From: Mizuhopecten yessoensis
Taxonomy: Eukaryota
Assembly: GCF_002113885.1 (NCBI RefSeq)
Contig: NW_018408785.1
Span: forward strand, 289,750 to 353,749
Length of the DNA: 64,000 nt
Direction of reading: 5' to 3'
Within the stretch, counting starts at the first letter, position 1; each line of letters opens with the position of its first letter. Below the pieces are notes generated by a model. That model made no database searches, had not been told where the DNA came from, and saw only the letters and a list, made by a program, of their open reading frames with translations. The translations under genes and the position numbers were made by a program. Below are positions 1 through 12,700 of the stretch, one piece after another.

Positions 1-656
1 GGCGAAAGAAAAAGATGCATGCAAAAGTCATGACAGGCACGAGGTATCAATACCGTTATATATAACAACAACATATAGGTAGGAATACTACACTTGCATC
101 ATACATGACCTTTGAAAACAATTATTTACGTATAGTATTGCTGTCTTGTCCGCTAGTTGAGTCCGACATGGCACATGGCGGCGTGCTATTGTTGTTATCT
201 TCACTGCCTCACTTTCGAAACAACCACGTGACATATATAAATAGATCTGTGCTAAATTTACGCGGGGCTTCCCCCAGATTTCAGTGGTCAAAACTGGACA
301 TTGCAAGCAGAACTCGACCATCATATTGACGTGGTATAACTTTTGGAAGACCAGAGAACGCATTAAGACCTATTTATTTTGTATTTTTTTCCCCGACCAG
401 GCCCTTTAAAGAATCCTCAGAACCAGAAAAGAAATGTTAAACTGTATAAAGGAAGGTGTTGTCTCCTTTGGTATGGTGTCATGGATCTAAAGTTAGGAAA
501 TTATTATGACTATTAGTGAAATTATTTCTGTAATTGCTAAAAAATACAAATGAGTTCCCTCTGGGCCTCTCGTTGGTATGTTCGTTTCAATTATAAATGT
601 TTTATATCAAATCAATTTTACAATTTTAACAAACAATCCTGGATGTTTATTTTCAG

Positions 657-767
657 GAGAAGGACCAAGTCCAAAGAAGAAAAAGAAGGCTGATAAACCT
701 GTGGTACCAGATCTAGAGGGAAAAGATGAAAATGAAAACAAGCCTCAAGAGAAAGTCTCTGTTACAG
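657..767 (+). CDS. DDX24: DDX24 exon (Lys-rich N-terminal region)
   Basis: tttcag acceptor, GT donor at 768; [14 protein letters not shown]...; phase 1 joins the next exon. Confidence 0.8.
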
Positions 768-3700
768 GTATAATTAATTGCTGAATTTAAAAAAAAATCT
801 GTTTTGGTTTATTGTCTGAATGCAATGTTTCAAAACATCGAGTTTCTCTGTACCGTGTGTCAAAGCAATTTCAGGTTACTTTCTGACTGTGTCAAGCATG
901 CTTATGAAGCTTGAAATGGAATAATATAACTAGTACTATAATACCATAAGTCACGATCAACACTGTCAGTGTTGTAATCACCCGCTCACCAAAGCAGTAT
1001 AAAATGTACCAAAATTACAGTGTAATAATAAATATGTTTCATTGATAACATAAATGTTGTTTACCTTGTTGTTTTGTATTGAATTATAACATGATAATAA
1101 TGGGCTAATTAAAACAGATTTAACAGACTTACTGAGTAATTCTTGACTGTGAAAATGTTCTATAAATAGCATTGAAATGGGATAACTTTTATTCTGAGTT
1201 TTTGTATTGGTACATTAACTATACATTTTAGCTGAAATGATATCAATGATACATCTGATGACCAAACTGATCCCTCTTTACTTATTAACATGATGATGGT
1301 TTGTGTATTATATGACAGATATGGCTGCGTGGAAGAATATGCATGTACCAGCTCCAGTGCTGCTTGCACTAAAACAGGATGGATTTGCTGTACCCACCCC
1401 TATACAGACCCTCGCCATACCACACGCTATTAGAGACCGACTGGACATAGTTGGAGCTGCTGAAACTGTAAGTATGTAGACATGGTACATAATAATGTGT
1501 AACTGCTGAAACTGTAAGTGTGTAGACATGGTACATAATGATGTGTAACTGCTGAAACTGTAAGTGTGAAGACATGGTACATAACAATGTGTAACTGCTG
1601 GAACTGTAAGTGTGTAGACATGGTACATTATAATGCGTAACTGCTGAAACTGTAAGGGTGTAGACATGGTACATAACAATGTGTAACTGCTGGAACTGTA
1701 AGTGGGTAGACATGGTACATAATAATGCGTAACTGCTGAAACTGTAAGTTTCTAGACATGGTACATACTAATGTGCAACTGCTGGAACTGTAAGTGTGTA
1801 AACATGGTACATAATAATGTGGAACTGCTGAAACTGGAAGTGCGTAGACATGGTACATACTAATGTGTTGAAGACATGGTACATAACAACGTGTAACTGC
1901 TGGAACTGTAAGTTTGTAGACATGGTACATTCTAATGTGTAACTGCTGAAACTAAGTGTGTAGACATGGTACATAATAATGTGTAACTGCTGAAACTGGA
2001 AGTGTGTAGACCTGGTACATACTAATGTGTAACTGCTGAAACTGTAAGTGTGTAGACATTTTACATACTAATGTGTAACTGCTGAAACTGTAAGCGTGTA
2101 GACATGGTACATAATAATGTGTTAGACATGGTACATAATAATGTGTTAGACATGGTACATAATAATGTGTTAGACATGGTACATAATAATGTGTAACTGC
2201 TGGAACTGTGAGTGTGTAGACATGGTACATACTAATGTTTAACTGCTGGAACTGTAAGTTTGTAGACATGGTACATACTAATGTGCAACTGCTGAAACTG
2301 TAAGTGTGGAGACATGGTACATACTAATGTGTAACTGCAGAAACTGTAAGTGTGTAGACATGTTACATACTAATGTGTAACTGCTGAAACTAAGTGTGTA
2401 GACATGGTACATACTAATGGGTAACTGCTGGAACTGTAAGTTTGTAGACATGGTACATACTAATGTTTAACTGCTGGAACTGTAAGTGTGTAGACATCGT
2501 ACATACTAATGTGTAACTGCTTAAACTGTAAGTGTGTACACATGGTACATACTAATGTGTAACTGCTGGAACTGTAAGCGTGTAGACATGGTACATAATA
2601 ATGTGTAACTGCTGAAACTGGAAGTGCGTAGACATGGTACATACTAATGTGAAACTGCTTGAACTGTAAGTTTGTAGACATGGTACATACTAATGGGTAA
2701 CTGCTGGAACTGTAAGTGTGTAGCTGGAGAACATCTACATATATGTAACATGTCTACACACTTACAGTTTGAGCAGTTACACATTAGTATGTACCAGGTC
2801 TACACACTTACAGTTTCAGCAGGTACACATTAGTATGTACCAGGTCTACACACTTACAGTTTCAGCAGGTACACATTAGTATGTACCAGGTCTACACACT
2901 TACAGTTTCAGCAGTTGCACATTAGTATGTACCATGTCTACTCACTTACAGTTTCAGCAGTTACACATCATTATGTACCATGTCTACACACTTATAGTGA
3001 TATGTACTCCTCCGGTACTGATCTGTACTCCTCCGTTACTTATCTGTACTCCTCCGTTCCTTATCTGTTCTCCTCTGGTACTGATCTTTACTCCTCTAGT
3101 ACTAATCTGTACTCCTCTGGTACTGATCTTTACTCCTCTAGTACTAATCTGTACTCCTCCGGTACTAATCTGTACCCGGAGGAGTACAGATCAGTACCAG
3201 AGGGTAGACATGGTACATAATAATGTTTAACTGCTGGAACTGTAAGTGTGGAGCTGGAGAACATCTACATATATGTAACATGACTACACACTTACAGTTT
3301 CAGCAGTCTAGTACTGATCTTTACTCCTCTGGTACTGATCTGTACTGCTCCGGGTACAGATTAGTACCGGAGGAGTACAGATAAGTACTAGAGGAGTACA
3401 GATCAGTACTAGAGGAGTGTAAGTGTGTAGACATGGTACATTATAATGTGTAACTGCTGAAACTGTAAGGGTGTAGACATGTTACATAATAATGTGTAAC
3501 TGCTGGAACTGTAAGTGTTTAGATATGGTACATACTAATGTGTAACTGGTGAATCTAAGTGTGTAGACATGGTACATACTAATGGGTAACTGCTGGAACT
3601 GTAAGTTTGTAGACATGGTACATACTAATGTGTAACTGCTGAAACTGTAAGTGTGTAGACATGTTACATATATGTAGATGTTCTCCAGCTACATAAGTAT

Positions 3701-6700
3701 GCGTTCACATGGAAGATGGTGCAAAACAATTAAAGTGTTACTTTGCCCACATTGTTTATTAATCACATAAATATAATCCGACTGTAAAGGAAGATGACCT
3801 GATGAATCTACCACTTAGTTCACGCTGACTGTCAATTCCTGTCATAACTTTTATTTTCCCTGAAACATTTTAGTTTTCGCCAAGTAAATATTACATGGTT
3901 ATATATGTAACATTGAAGTGAACAAATCAAAATTAAAAACTACAATTAACCATCCACTATTAACCATCCACTATCAATAAATTACCTATTTCCCCTGGTA
4001 ATGTTAAGATGTACAATGTTAAACAAAATTGTATGTAAATGAAAAATGAAAGATATATACAAATTTACATGTACCATTCAATTACAGTTCATCACAGTAC
4101 TGGTGATAGAAGTACAAAGCTGGGTCTTCTGACAAGGCATTTTCTCATGAACATTGAAATAAATAATAAATGAATACAACATAAATTTCATGCTTTTTCT
4201 GGACTACCTTATTAATCTATAATGGGATTCTTTCTGAACTTTCATGTCCACAGGTCTTTGGGGTTTGTTGTTGTGAAGAATAAATATAAACGAACATTAA
4301 GTTTTATATCTGATTTGTTTTATTCTAGGGAAGTGGCAAGACTCTAGCGTTTGGTATCCCATTGATAGACAAGATCTTAAGAGTGAAACAGGAACAGGAA
4401 AACAGGAAGAAAAAGGGTGTCGAGGAAGAAGAGTGTGGCAGCGGCTCGGACATAGAACCGCAGGATGAAATGAATGATGAAATGAATGATGAAATAGACA
4501 ATGAAGATGACAATGAATCGGATAACGAAATGGTAGATTCTGGTGAAGAAAGTGAAGAGGAATTGCTGTTTGAGACATCTGATGAAGATGACGAGGAGGA
4601 AGAAGTGGAACAGGATGACACAGAGGAGGTTGATATAAGTGAGGACGAAAATGATGAAGAGGAATTAGGGAGTGAGGAAGAGGAGGAATTGGTTGAAGTA
4701 AGTTATGATCTACAAGCTGTGTTCTTAATCATTTCCATGAATTCTTTAGGTACAATACGTACTTGAGAATGAGATGATGCAGATATCAGTACCAGAGGAG
4801 TACAGATCAGGACCAGAGGAGTACAGATCAGTACCGGAGGAGTACATATCAGGACCAGAGGAGTACAGATCAGTACTAGAGGAGTACAGATTAGTACCGG
4901 AGGAGTACAGATTAGTACTAGAGGAGTACAGATAAGTACCAGAGGAGTACAGATTAGTACCAGAGGAGTACAGATCAGTACCAGAGGAGTACAGATCAGT
5001 ACTAGAGGAGTAAAGATTAGTACTAGAGGAGTACAGATCAGTACCAGAGGAGTACAGATTAGTACCGGAGGAGTACAGATCAGTACCAGAGGAGTAAAGA
5101 TCAGTACCAGAGGAGTACAGATCAGTACCAGAGGAGTACAGATCAGTACTAGAGGAGTACAGATCAGTACCAGAGGAGTACAGATTAGTACCGGAGGAGT
5201 ACAGATCAGTACTAGAGGAGTACAGATTAGTACCGGAGGAGTAAAGATCAGTACTAGAGGAGTAAAGATTAGTACCGGAGGAGTACAGATCAGTACCAGA
5301 GGAGTACAGATCAGTACTAGAGGAGTAAAGATCAGTACCAGAGGAGTACAGATAAGGAACGGAGGAGTACAGATAAGTAACGGAGGAGTACAGATCAGGA
5401 CTAGAGGAGTACAGATAAGTAACGGAGGAGTACAGATAAGTACCAGAGGAGTACAGATAAGTAACGGAGGAGTACAGATCAGTACAAGAGGAGTACAGAT
5501 TAGTACCAGAGGAGTACAGATCAGTACCAGAGGAGTACATATCAGTACCAGAGGAGTACAGATCAGTACCAGAGGAGTACAGATTAGTACTAGATGAGTA
5601 AAGATCAGTACCAAGTACAGATCAGGACCAGAGGAGTACAGATCAGTACCAGAGGAGTAAAGATCAGTACCGGAGGAGTAAAGATCAGTACCGGAGGAGT
5701 ACAGATCAGTACCAGAGGAGTACAGATAAGTACCAGAGGAGTACAGATAAGTAACGGAGGAGTGCAGATCAGTACAAGAGGAGTACAGATTAGTACCAGA
5801 GGAGTACAGATAAGTACCAGAGGAGTAAAGATCAGTACCAGAGGAGTACAGATTAGTACCAGAGGAGTACAGATAAGTACCAGAGGAGTAAAGATCAGTA
5901 CCAGAGGAGTACAGATCAGTACCAGAGGAGTACAGATAAGTACCAGAGGAGTAAAGATCAGTACCAGAGGAGTACAGATAAGGAACGGAGGAGTACAGAT
6001 AAGTAACGGAGGAGTACAGATAAGTACCAGAGGAGGACAGATAAGTAACGGAGGAGTACAGATCAGTACAAGAGGAGTACAGATTAGTACCAGAGGAGTA
6101 CAGATTAGTACCAGAGGAGTACAGATAAGTACCAGAGGAGTACAGATACGTAACGGAGGAGTACAGATCAGTACAAGAGGAGTACAGATCAGTACTAGAG
6201 GAGTAAAGAACAGTACTAGAGGAGTAAAGATTAGTACCAGAGGAGTACAGATCAGTACTAGAGTACAGATAAGTAACGGAGGAGTACAGATCAGTAAAAG
6301 AGGAGTACAGATTAGTACCAGAGGAGTACAGATAAGTACCAGAGGAGTAAAGATCAGTACCAGAGGAGTACAGATAAGGAACGGAGGAGTACAGATAAGT
6401 AACGGAGGAGTACAGATCAGTACTAGAGGAGGACAGATAAGTAACGGAGGAGTACAGATAAGTACCGGAGGAGTACAGATAAGTACCAGAGGAGGACAGA
6501 TAAGTAACGGAGGAGTACAGATCAGTACTAGAGGAGTACAGATTAGTACTAGAGGAGTACAGATCAGTACCAGAGGAGTACAGATAAGTACCAGAGGAGT
6601 AAAGATCAGTACCAGAGGAGTGCAGATCAGTACCAGAGGAGTACAGATCAGTACTAGAGGAGAGTACAGATCAGTACCGGAGGAGTACATATCAGTACCA

Positions 6701-9700
6701 GAGGAGTAAAGATCAGTACCAGAGGAGTACAGATTAGTACCAGAGGAGTACAGATAAGTACCAGAGGAGTAAAGATCAGTACCAGAGGAGTACAGATTAG
6801 TACCAGATGATTACAGATCAGTACCAGAGGAGTACAGATCAGTAACGGAGGAGTACAGATCAGTACTAGAGGAGTACAGATAAGTACCGGAGGAGTACAG
6901 ATAAGTACCAGAGGAGTACAGATTAGTAGTACAGATAAGTAACGGAGGAGTACAGATAAGTACCGGAGGAGTACAGATAAGTACCAGAGGAGTACAGATT
7001 AGTAGTACAGATAAGTAACGGAGGAGTACAGATAAGTACCGGAGGAGTACAGATAAGTACCAGAGGAGGACAGATAAGTAACGGAGGAGTACAGATAAGT
7101 ACCGGAGGAGTACAGATAAGTACCAGAGGAGTACAGATCAGTACCGGAGGAGTACAGATCAGTACCAGAGGAGTACAGATTAGTACCGGAGGAGTACAGA
7201 TAAGTACTAGAGGAGTACAGATCAGTACTAGAGGAGTACAGATTAGTACCAGAGGAGGACAGATCAGTACCAGAGGAGTAAAGATCAGTACCAGAGGAGT
7301 AAAGATCAGTACCAGAGGAGTAAAGATCAGTACTAGAGGAGGACAGATTAGTACCGGAGGAGTACATATCAGTACCAGAGGAGTAAAGATCAGTACTAGA
7401 TGAGTACAGATTAGTACCGGAGGAATACAGATAAGTACTAGAGGAGTACAAGAGGAGTACAGATCAGTACCGGAGGAGTACAGATAAGTAACGGAGGAGT
7501 ACAGATCAGTACCAGAGGAGTACAGATCAGTACTAGAGGAGTACAGATAAGTACATGAGGAGTACAGATCAGTACTAGAGGAGTACAGATTAGAACCGGA
7601 GGAGTACAGATCAGTACCAGAGGAGTAAAGATCAGTACTAGAGGAGTACAGATTAGTACCGGAGGAGTACAGATCAGTACTAGAGGAGTACAGATTAGTA
7701 CCGGAGGAGTACAGATCAGTACCAGAGGAGTACAGATTGATTCAAGGATACTAGATGATTATTAACAATATTTGAATTCTCAGGAGGACTATTCAGCTCA
7801 GGAAAGCAAAACATTTACTGTCAGATTAAAGGATAAGAATTAATGTTAAATTAAGTTGAAGGTTTCTTAAATTGCACTTTCTTTTAGGTAGATCCCTGAA
7901 TGATTATTTAAAGTACTGGTACAATCCACAAAAGTTACGTGTATAAATAAATGGGATGCAAAAATATTCTTGTACAAGCAATAAGTTTAAATTTTCCGAT
8001 TGTATTTATAAATATATTTTTTCCTAGGGTGATGGATTTGGATGTGTGAAGGTGATAGATGACGCTGACTTCTCAGATATTGATCCAAGTCTCCTGGGGC
8101 AGTTTGAGCCAGTGAAGACACCAAAGTATCCTCAGAAACCACCGATGGCCCTTATATTGGAGCCAACACGTGAACTGGCAGTACAGGTGAAGAACCACCT
8201 CCTCCGTATCATCAGGCATACTGATATCAAGGTCAGTGAGAGTCAAGTTTTGAATGATAAGGCGACAATATGCAATATGTCAAGTATTAATAATCAAAAA
8301 CATTATGTGAAGTGAATGTAAAGAACGTATTTTACAGTTACTTCTAGCGATACCTACCTTGTGTTAAAGCCAAGTCTTATCTACAGTAGCAGGAAAGTTA
8401 GATAATGATTTAAGTACATGCTAGATTACAACTATACAAAGGAAACTTGTCATGGTAGTATTGCCGCCTTATCATTCAAAAAGATGTTTTAGATTTATGA
8501 ATCCAAAATTTTCAAATCACAGTAATTCTGGTCTTTTTATTGTCTAAAGTCTGGCTAGAAAAATTGACAAGGTTCTTGTGTAAAACATGTTGTTAACCAG
8601 TCAACAACCCTCTTGATACAGCTTCAGAGTAAGTATGGTTTGTTGCAGGTGGTCACAGTTGTGGGTGGCCTGTCCATGGAGAAACAGCTAAGAGTCATGA
8701 AGAAGTGTCCAGAGGTGGTGGTGGCTACACCTGGGCGTCTGTGGGAGCTTGTACAACAGGTAAGATCACAGTAAAGGAGCATGCACAACAGGTAAGATCA
8801 CAACAGTGGAGCATGTACAACAGGTAAGATCAGAGTAAAAGAGCATGTACAACAGGTAAGATCACAACAGTGGAGCATGTACAACAGGTAAGATCAGAGT
8901 AAAAGAGCTTGTACAACAGGTAAGATCACATTAAAGTAGCATATACAACAGGTAAGATCACAGTAAAGGAGCATGTACAACAGGTAAGATCACAGTAAAG
9001 TAGCATGTACAACAGGTAAGATCACANNNNNNNNNNNNNNNNNNNNNNNNNNNNNNNNNNNNNNNNNNNNNNNNNNNNNNNNNNNNNNNNNNNNNNNNNN
9101 NNNNNNNNNNNNNNNNNNNNNNNNNNNNNNNNNNNNNNNNNNNNNNNNNNNNNNNNNNNNNNNNNNNNNNNNNNNNNNNNNNNNNNNNNNNNNNNNNNNN
9201 NNNNNNNNNNNNNNNNNNNNNNNNNNNNNNNNNNNNNNNNNNNNNNNNNNNNNNNNNNNNNNNNNNNNNNNNNNNNNNNNNNNNNNNNNNNNNNNNNNNN
9301 NNNNNNNNNNNNNNNNNNNNNNNNNNNNNNNNNNNNNNNNNNNNNNNNNNNNNNNNNNNNNNNNNNNNNNNNNNNNNNNNNNNNNNNNNNNNNNNNNNNN
9401 NNNNNNNNNNNNNNNNNNNNNNNNNNNNNNNNNNNNNNNNNNNNNNNNNNNNNNNNNNNNNNNNNNNNNNNNNNNNNNNNNNNNNNNNNNNNNNNNNNNN
9501 NNNNNNNNNNNNNNNNNNNNNNNNNNNNNNNNNNNNNNNNNNNNNNNNNNNNNNNNNNNNNNNNNNNNNNNNNNNNNNNNNNNNNNNNNNNNNNNNNNNN
9601 NNNNNNNNNNNNNNNNNNNNNNNNNNNNNNNNNNNNNNNNNNNNNNNNNNNNNNNNNNNNNNNNNNNNNNNNNNNNNNNNNNNNNNNNNNNNNNNNNNNN

Positions 9701-12700
9701 NNNNNNNNNNNNNNNNNNNNNNNNNNNNNNNNNNNNNNNNNNNNNNNNNNNNNNNNNNNNNNNNNNNNNNNNNNNNNNNATGTACAACAGGTAAGATCAC
9801 AACAGTGGAGCATGTACAACAGGTAAGATCAGAGTAAAAGAGCTTGTACAACAGGTAAGATCACATTAAAGTAGCATATACAACAGGTAAGATCACAGTA
9901 AAGGAGCATGTACAACAGGTAAGATCACAGTAAAGGAGCATGTACAACAGGTAAGATCACAGTAAAGTAGCATGTACAACAGGTAAGAACACAGTAAAGT
10001 AGCATGTACAACAGATAAGATCACAGTAAATGAGCATGTACAACAGGTAAGATCACAGTAAATGGGCATGTACAACAGGTGAGATCACAGTAAATGAGCA
10101 TGTACATCAGGTAATATCACAGTAAAGGAGCATGTACAACAGGTAAGATCACAGTAAATGAGCATGTACAACAGGTAAGATCACATTAAAGGAGCATGTA
10201 CCACAGGTAAGATCACAGTAAAGGAGCATGTACAACAGGTAAGATCACAGTAAATGAGCATGCACATCAGGTAAGATCACAGTAAAGGAGCATGTACAAC
10301 AGGTAAGATCACAGTAAAGGAGCATGTACATCAGGTAAGATCACAGTAAAGGAGCATGTACCACAGGTAAGATAACAGTAAATGAGCATGTACAACAGGT
10401 AAGATCACAGTAAAGGAGCATGTTCAACAGGTAAGATCACAAAAGTGGAGCATGTACAACAGGTAAGATCACAGTAAAGGAGCTTTTACAACAAGAAAGA
10501 TCACAATAAAGGAGCATGTACAACAGCTAAGGGCACTGTATTGGAGCTTGTACAACAGGTAAGATCACAACTATAAAGCTTGGAGAACAGGTATGGTCAC
10601 CATAGTGGGGCTTGTACGACAGGTATTGTTACAACAATAGAGCTTGTACAACAAGTAAATTCACACCAGTGGAGCTTGTACGCAAGTAAGTTCACAACAC
10701 TGGAGCTTGTACGACAGGTACGGTTTCAGTATTGAAGCTGGTACAACTGAATTTCACAGCAGGAAAGGTTACAACATTGAGACACATATACTATGTAAGG
10801 AAATTTCACAAGAAAGTTGAATTTCTAAAACTACAAGAGTTAAAATACATAAAAATAAAAAATATGTGACCAGCACAAAAATGAACATAGCAGGGTATAC
10901 AAGTACTGATGGGTAAGAACTGATTCAGGAAATGTTTTTGTGTGATAATCAAAAAGGAATTTTTTCTGCTTTATTATGATGATTTATTTATATTATTGTA
11001 GGACAACTCATACCTGTCACAGGTGTCAGAGATTAGGTGTCTGGTAGTCGACGAGGCAGACAGGATGATAGAAAAAGGACACTTCCAGGAGCTAACTCAC
11101 ATCCTCAACCACATCAACAGGTATGTATACCCAACTCACATCCTCAACCACATCAACAGGTATGTGTACCCTACTCACATCCTCAACAACAGGTATGTGT
11201 ACACTACTCACATCCTCAACCACATCAACAGGTGTACCGTACTTGTATTATCAATCACATAAATTTGTGCAAAGATGTATAATTCCACTTGCCATATACT
11301 TGGGTATATTTTCTGAAAATTATCAATATTTACTTTGAAAATACATTCATAGCTACGTAGGGCTCACAGAATTTTTCAAAAGCTGTATGCGAGCTAGTAT
11401 TGTAAATAAGAAGTTTGAACCCACAAATGTGTGTATATCCTTATTAAATCCACAACAACATCCACCAGTATCACACTCATCACATGATTAGTCCTAGAGC
11501 AAAAGGTCTATAACATATTTATAGTGATAGTCTCTACCTTGGTGTGTTATATGATGTGATGACTGTTGTAGAGATGCAGAGAAGAAACTAAAAAGACAAA
11601 CATTTGTGTTCTCCGCCACGCTAACGACTATCCACTCAGGACCCCACAGGCATCTCAACAAGAAGGTTAAGGTCACAGAGGAGCTGAAGCTGGGTTAGTG
11701 ACTCTTATGCCAAAATTTAAACTGATACAACATTTTCAAACGGGTGTCGATCCTTTTTTTTGTTTTTTTTGTTCTTTTAAGATTTTGTCAGCATCGTCAT
11801 TCTTGAACCATAGATATTTCTGGAGGAACTTACAAAATTTAAAATAGGTGTGCAATGTAGCATAATCAAGTCTGACACTTAGATCTTCAGCATTTATCAT
11901 AATTTTTACTAATTGTTTTTGGCTACTTTTGCATAATTTACAGAAAAGCTGATGAAAACAATTGGTCTAAAGGATCGACCCAAGATCATTGACCTCACAA
12001 GGAAGATTGGCACTGTAGAGACACTGACCGAGGCTCGTATCAACTGTACGATGGATGAGAAGGTCAGTAGTTCAATCACAGAGGAACAGATGGGGATGAT
12101 GATGATGATGAATATACTCACCACTCTGGTTTTACTTTTTACATCATTTTGGAGTTATGAAAAAGTGGAAAAAAAATCTTTAGTTAGTTTTTCGCATGTG
12201 TAACTAAATTTTTCAGATTCATCTTCAGAAACTGACTGAAATCCAATTCTACAATTCCATCTCAAATGGTTATTCCTTTCACCACTGTTGACCATAATAG
12301 ACTAATCCAGATCAATGCATGGTAGAGCCTACTAAAGTTACATAGGGGTGAAAGGGTTAAATAATGTTTGGCTTGTACAAACGCTGGTAGTTTGGTAACG
12401 GTTACTATCATACAGTCTTTTGGGGAGGTTATTGTTGCTTTGTTTCTTGGACCTAATTATATACATGTATTCATATATTGATCTTCTTGTGAATAAAACA
12501 CTTCTTTTTACTTGAAAGTGTCTTTAACAACTGTTAGTATGTTCATGTGCTGGAGCTAATGTTGAAACTATATAACTCAATTAAACAAAACGGAAAGATA
12601 TATTGAGCTAAGCAGTTTTAGTTGCATTTCACACACTTTCTCCCGCATTGGAAATGTGGAATGAGGGATATCTCCCTAATTGGAAATGTGGAATGAGAAA

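Noticed and set aside
1-656. Upstream DDX24 exon or promoter
   Set aside because: No convincing in-phase exon or start codon found; the 5' end probably lies outside the window.
4750-4800. Possible extra exon (tttag|[17 protein letters not shown]) anchoring the 21-bp array to a donor
   Set aside because: It needs a 52-nt intron and has only weak donors; 4697 joins 8028 in frame without it. Not counted among the donor arrays.
4703-7451. Long ORFs of 150-371 aa (VLICTPL / GVQISTR / YSSGTDL repeats)
   Set aside because: By-products of a 21-bp repeat that is stop-free in several frames inside a DDX24 intron.
8958-9851. ORFs full of X (also near 28.5 kb and 43.3 kb)
   Set aside because: Assembly N-gaps.
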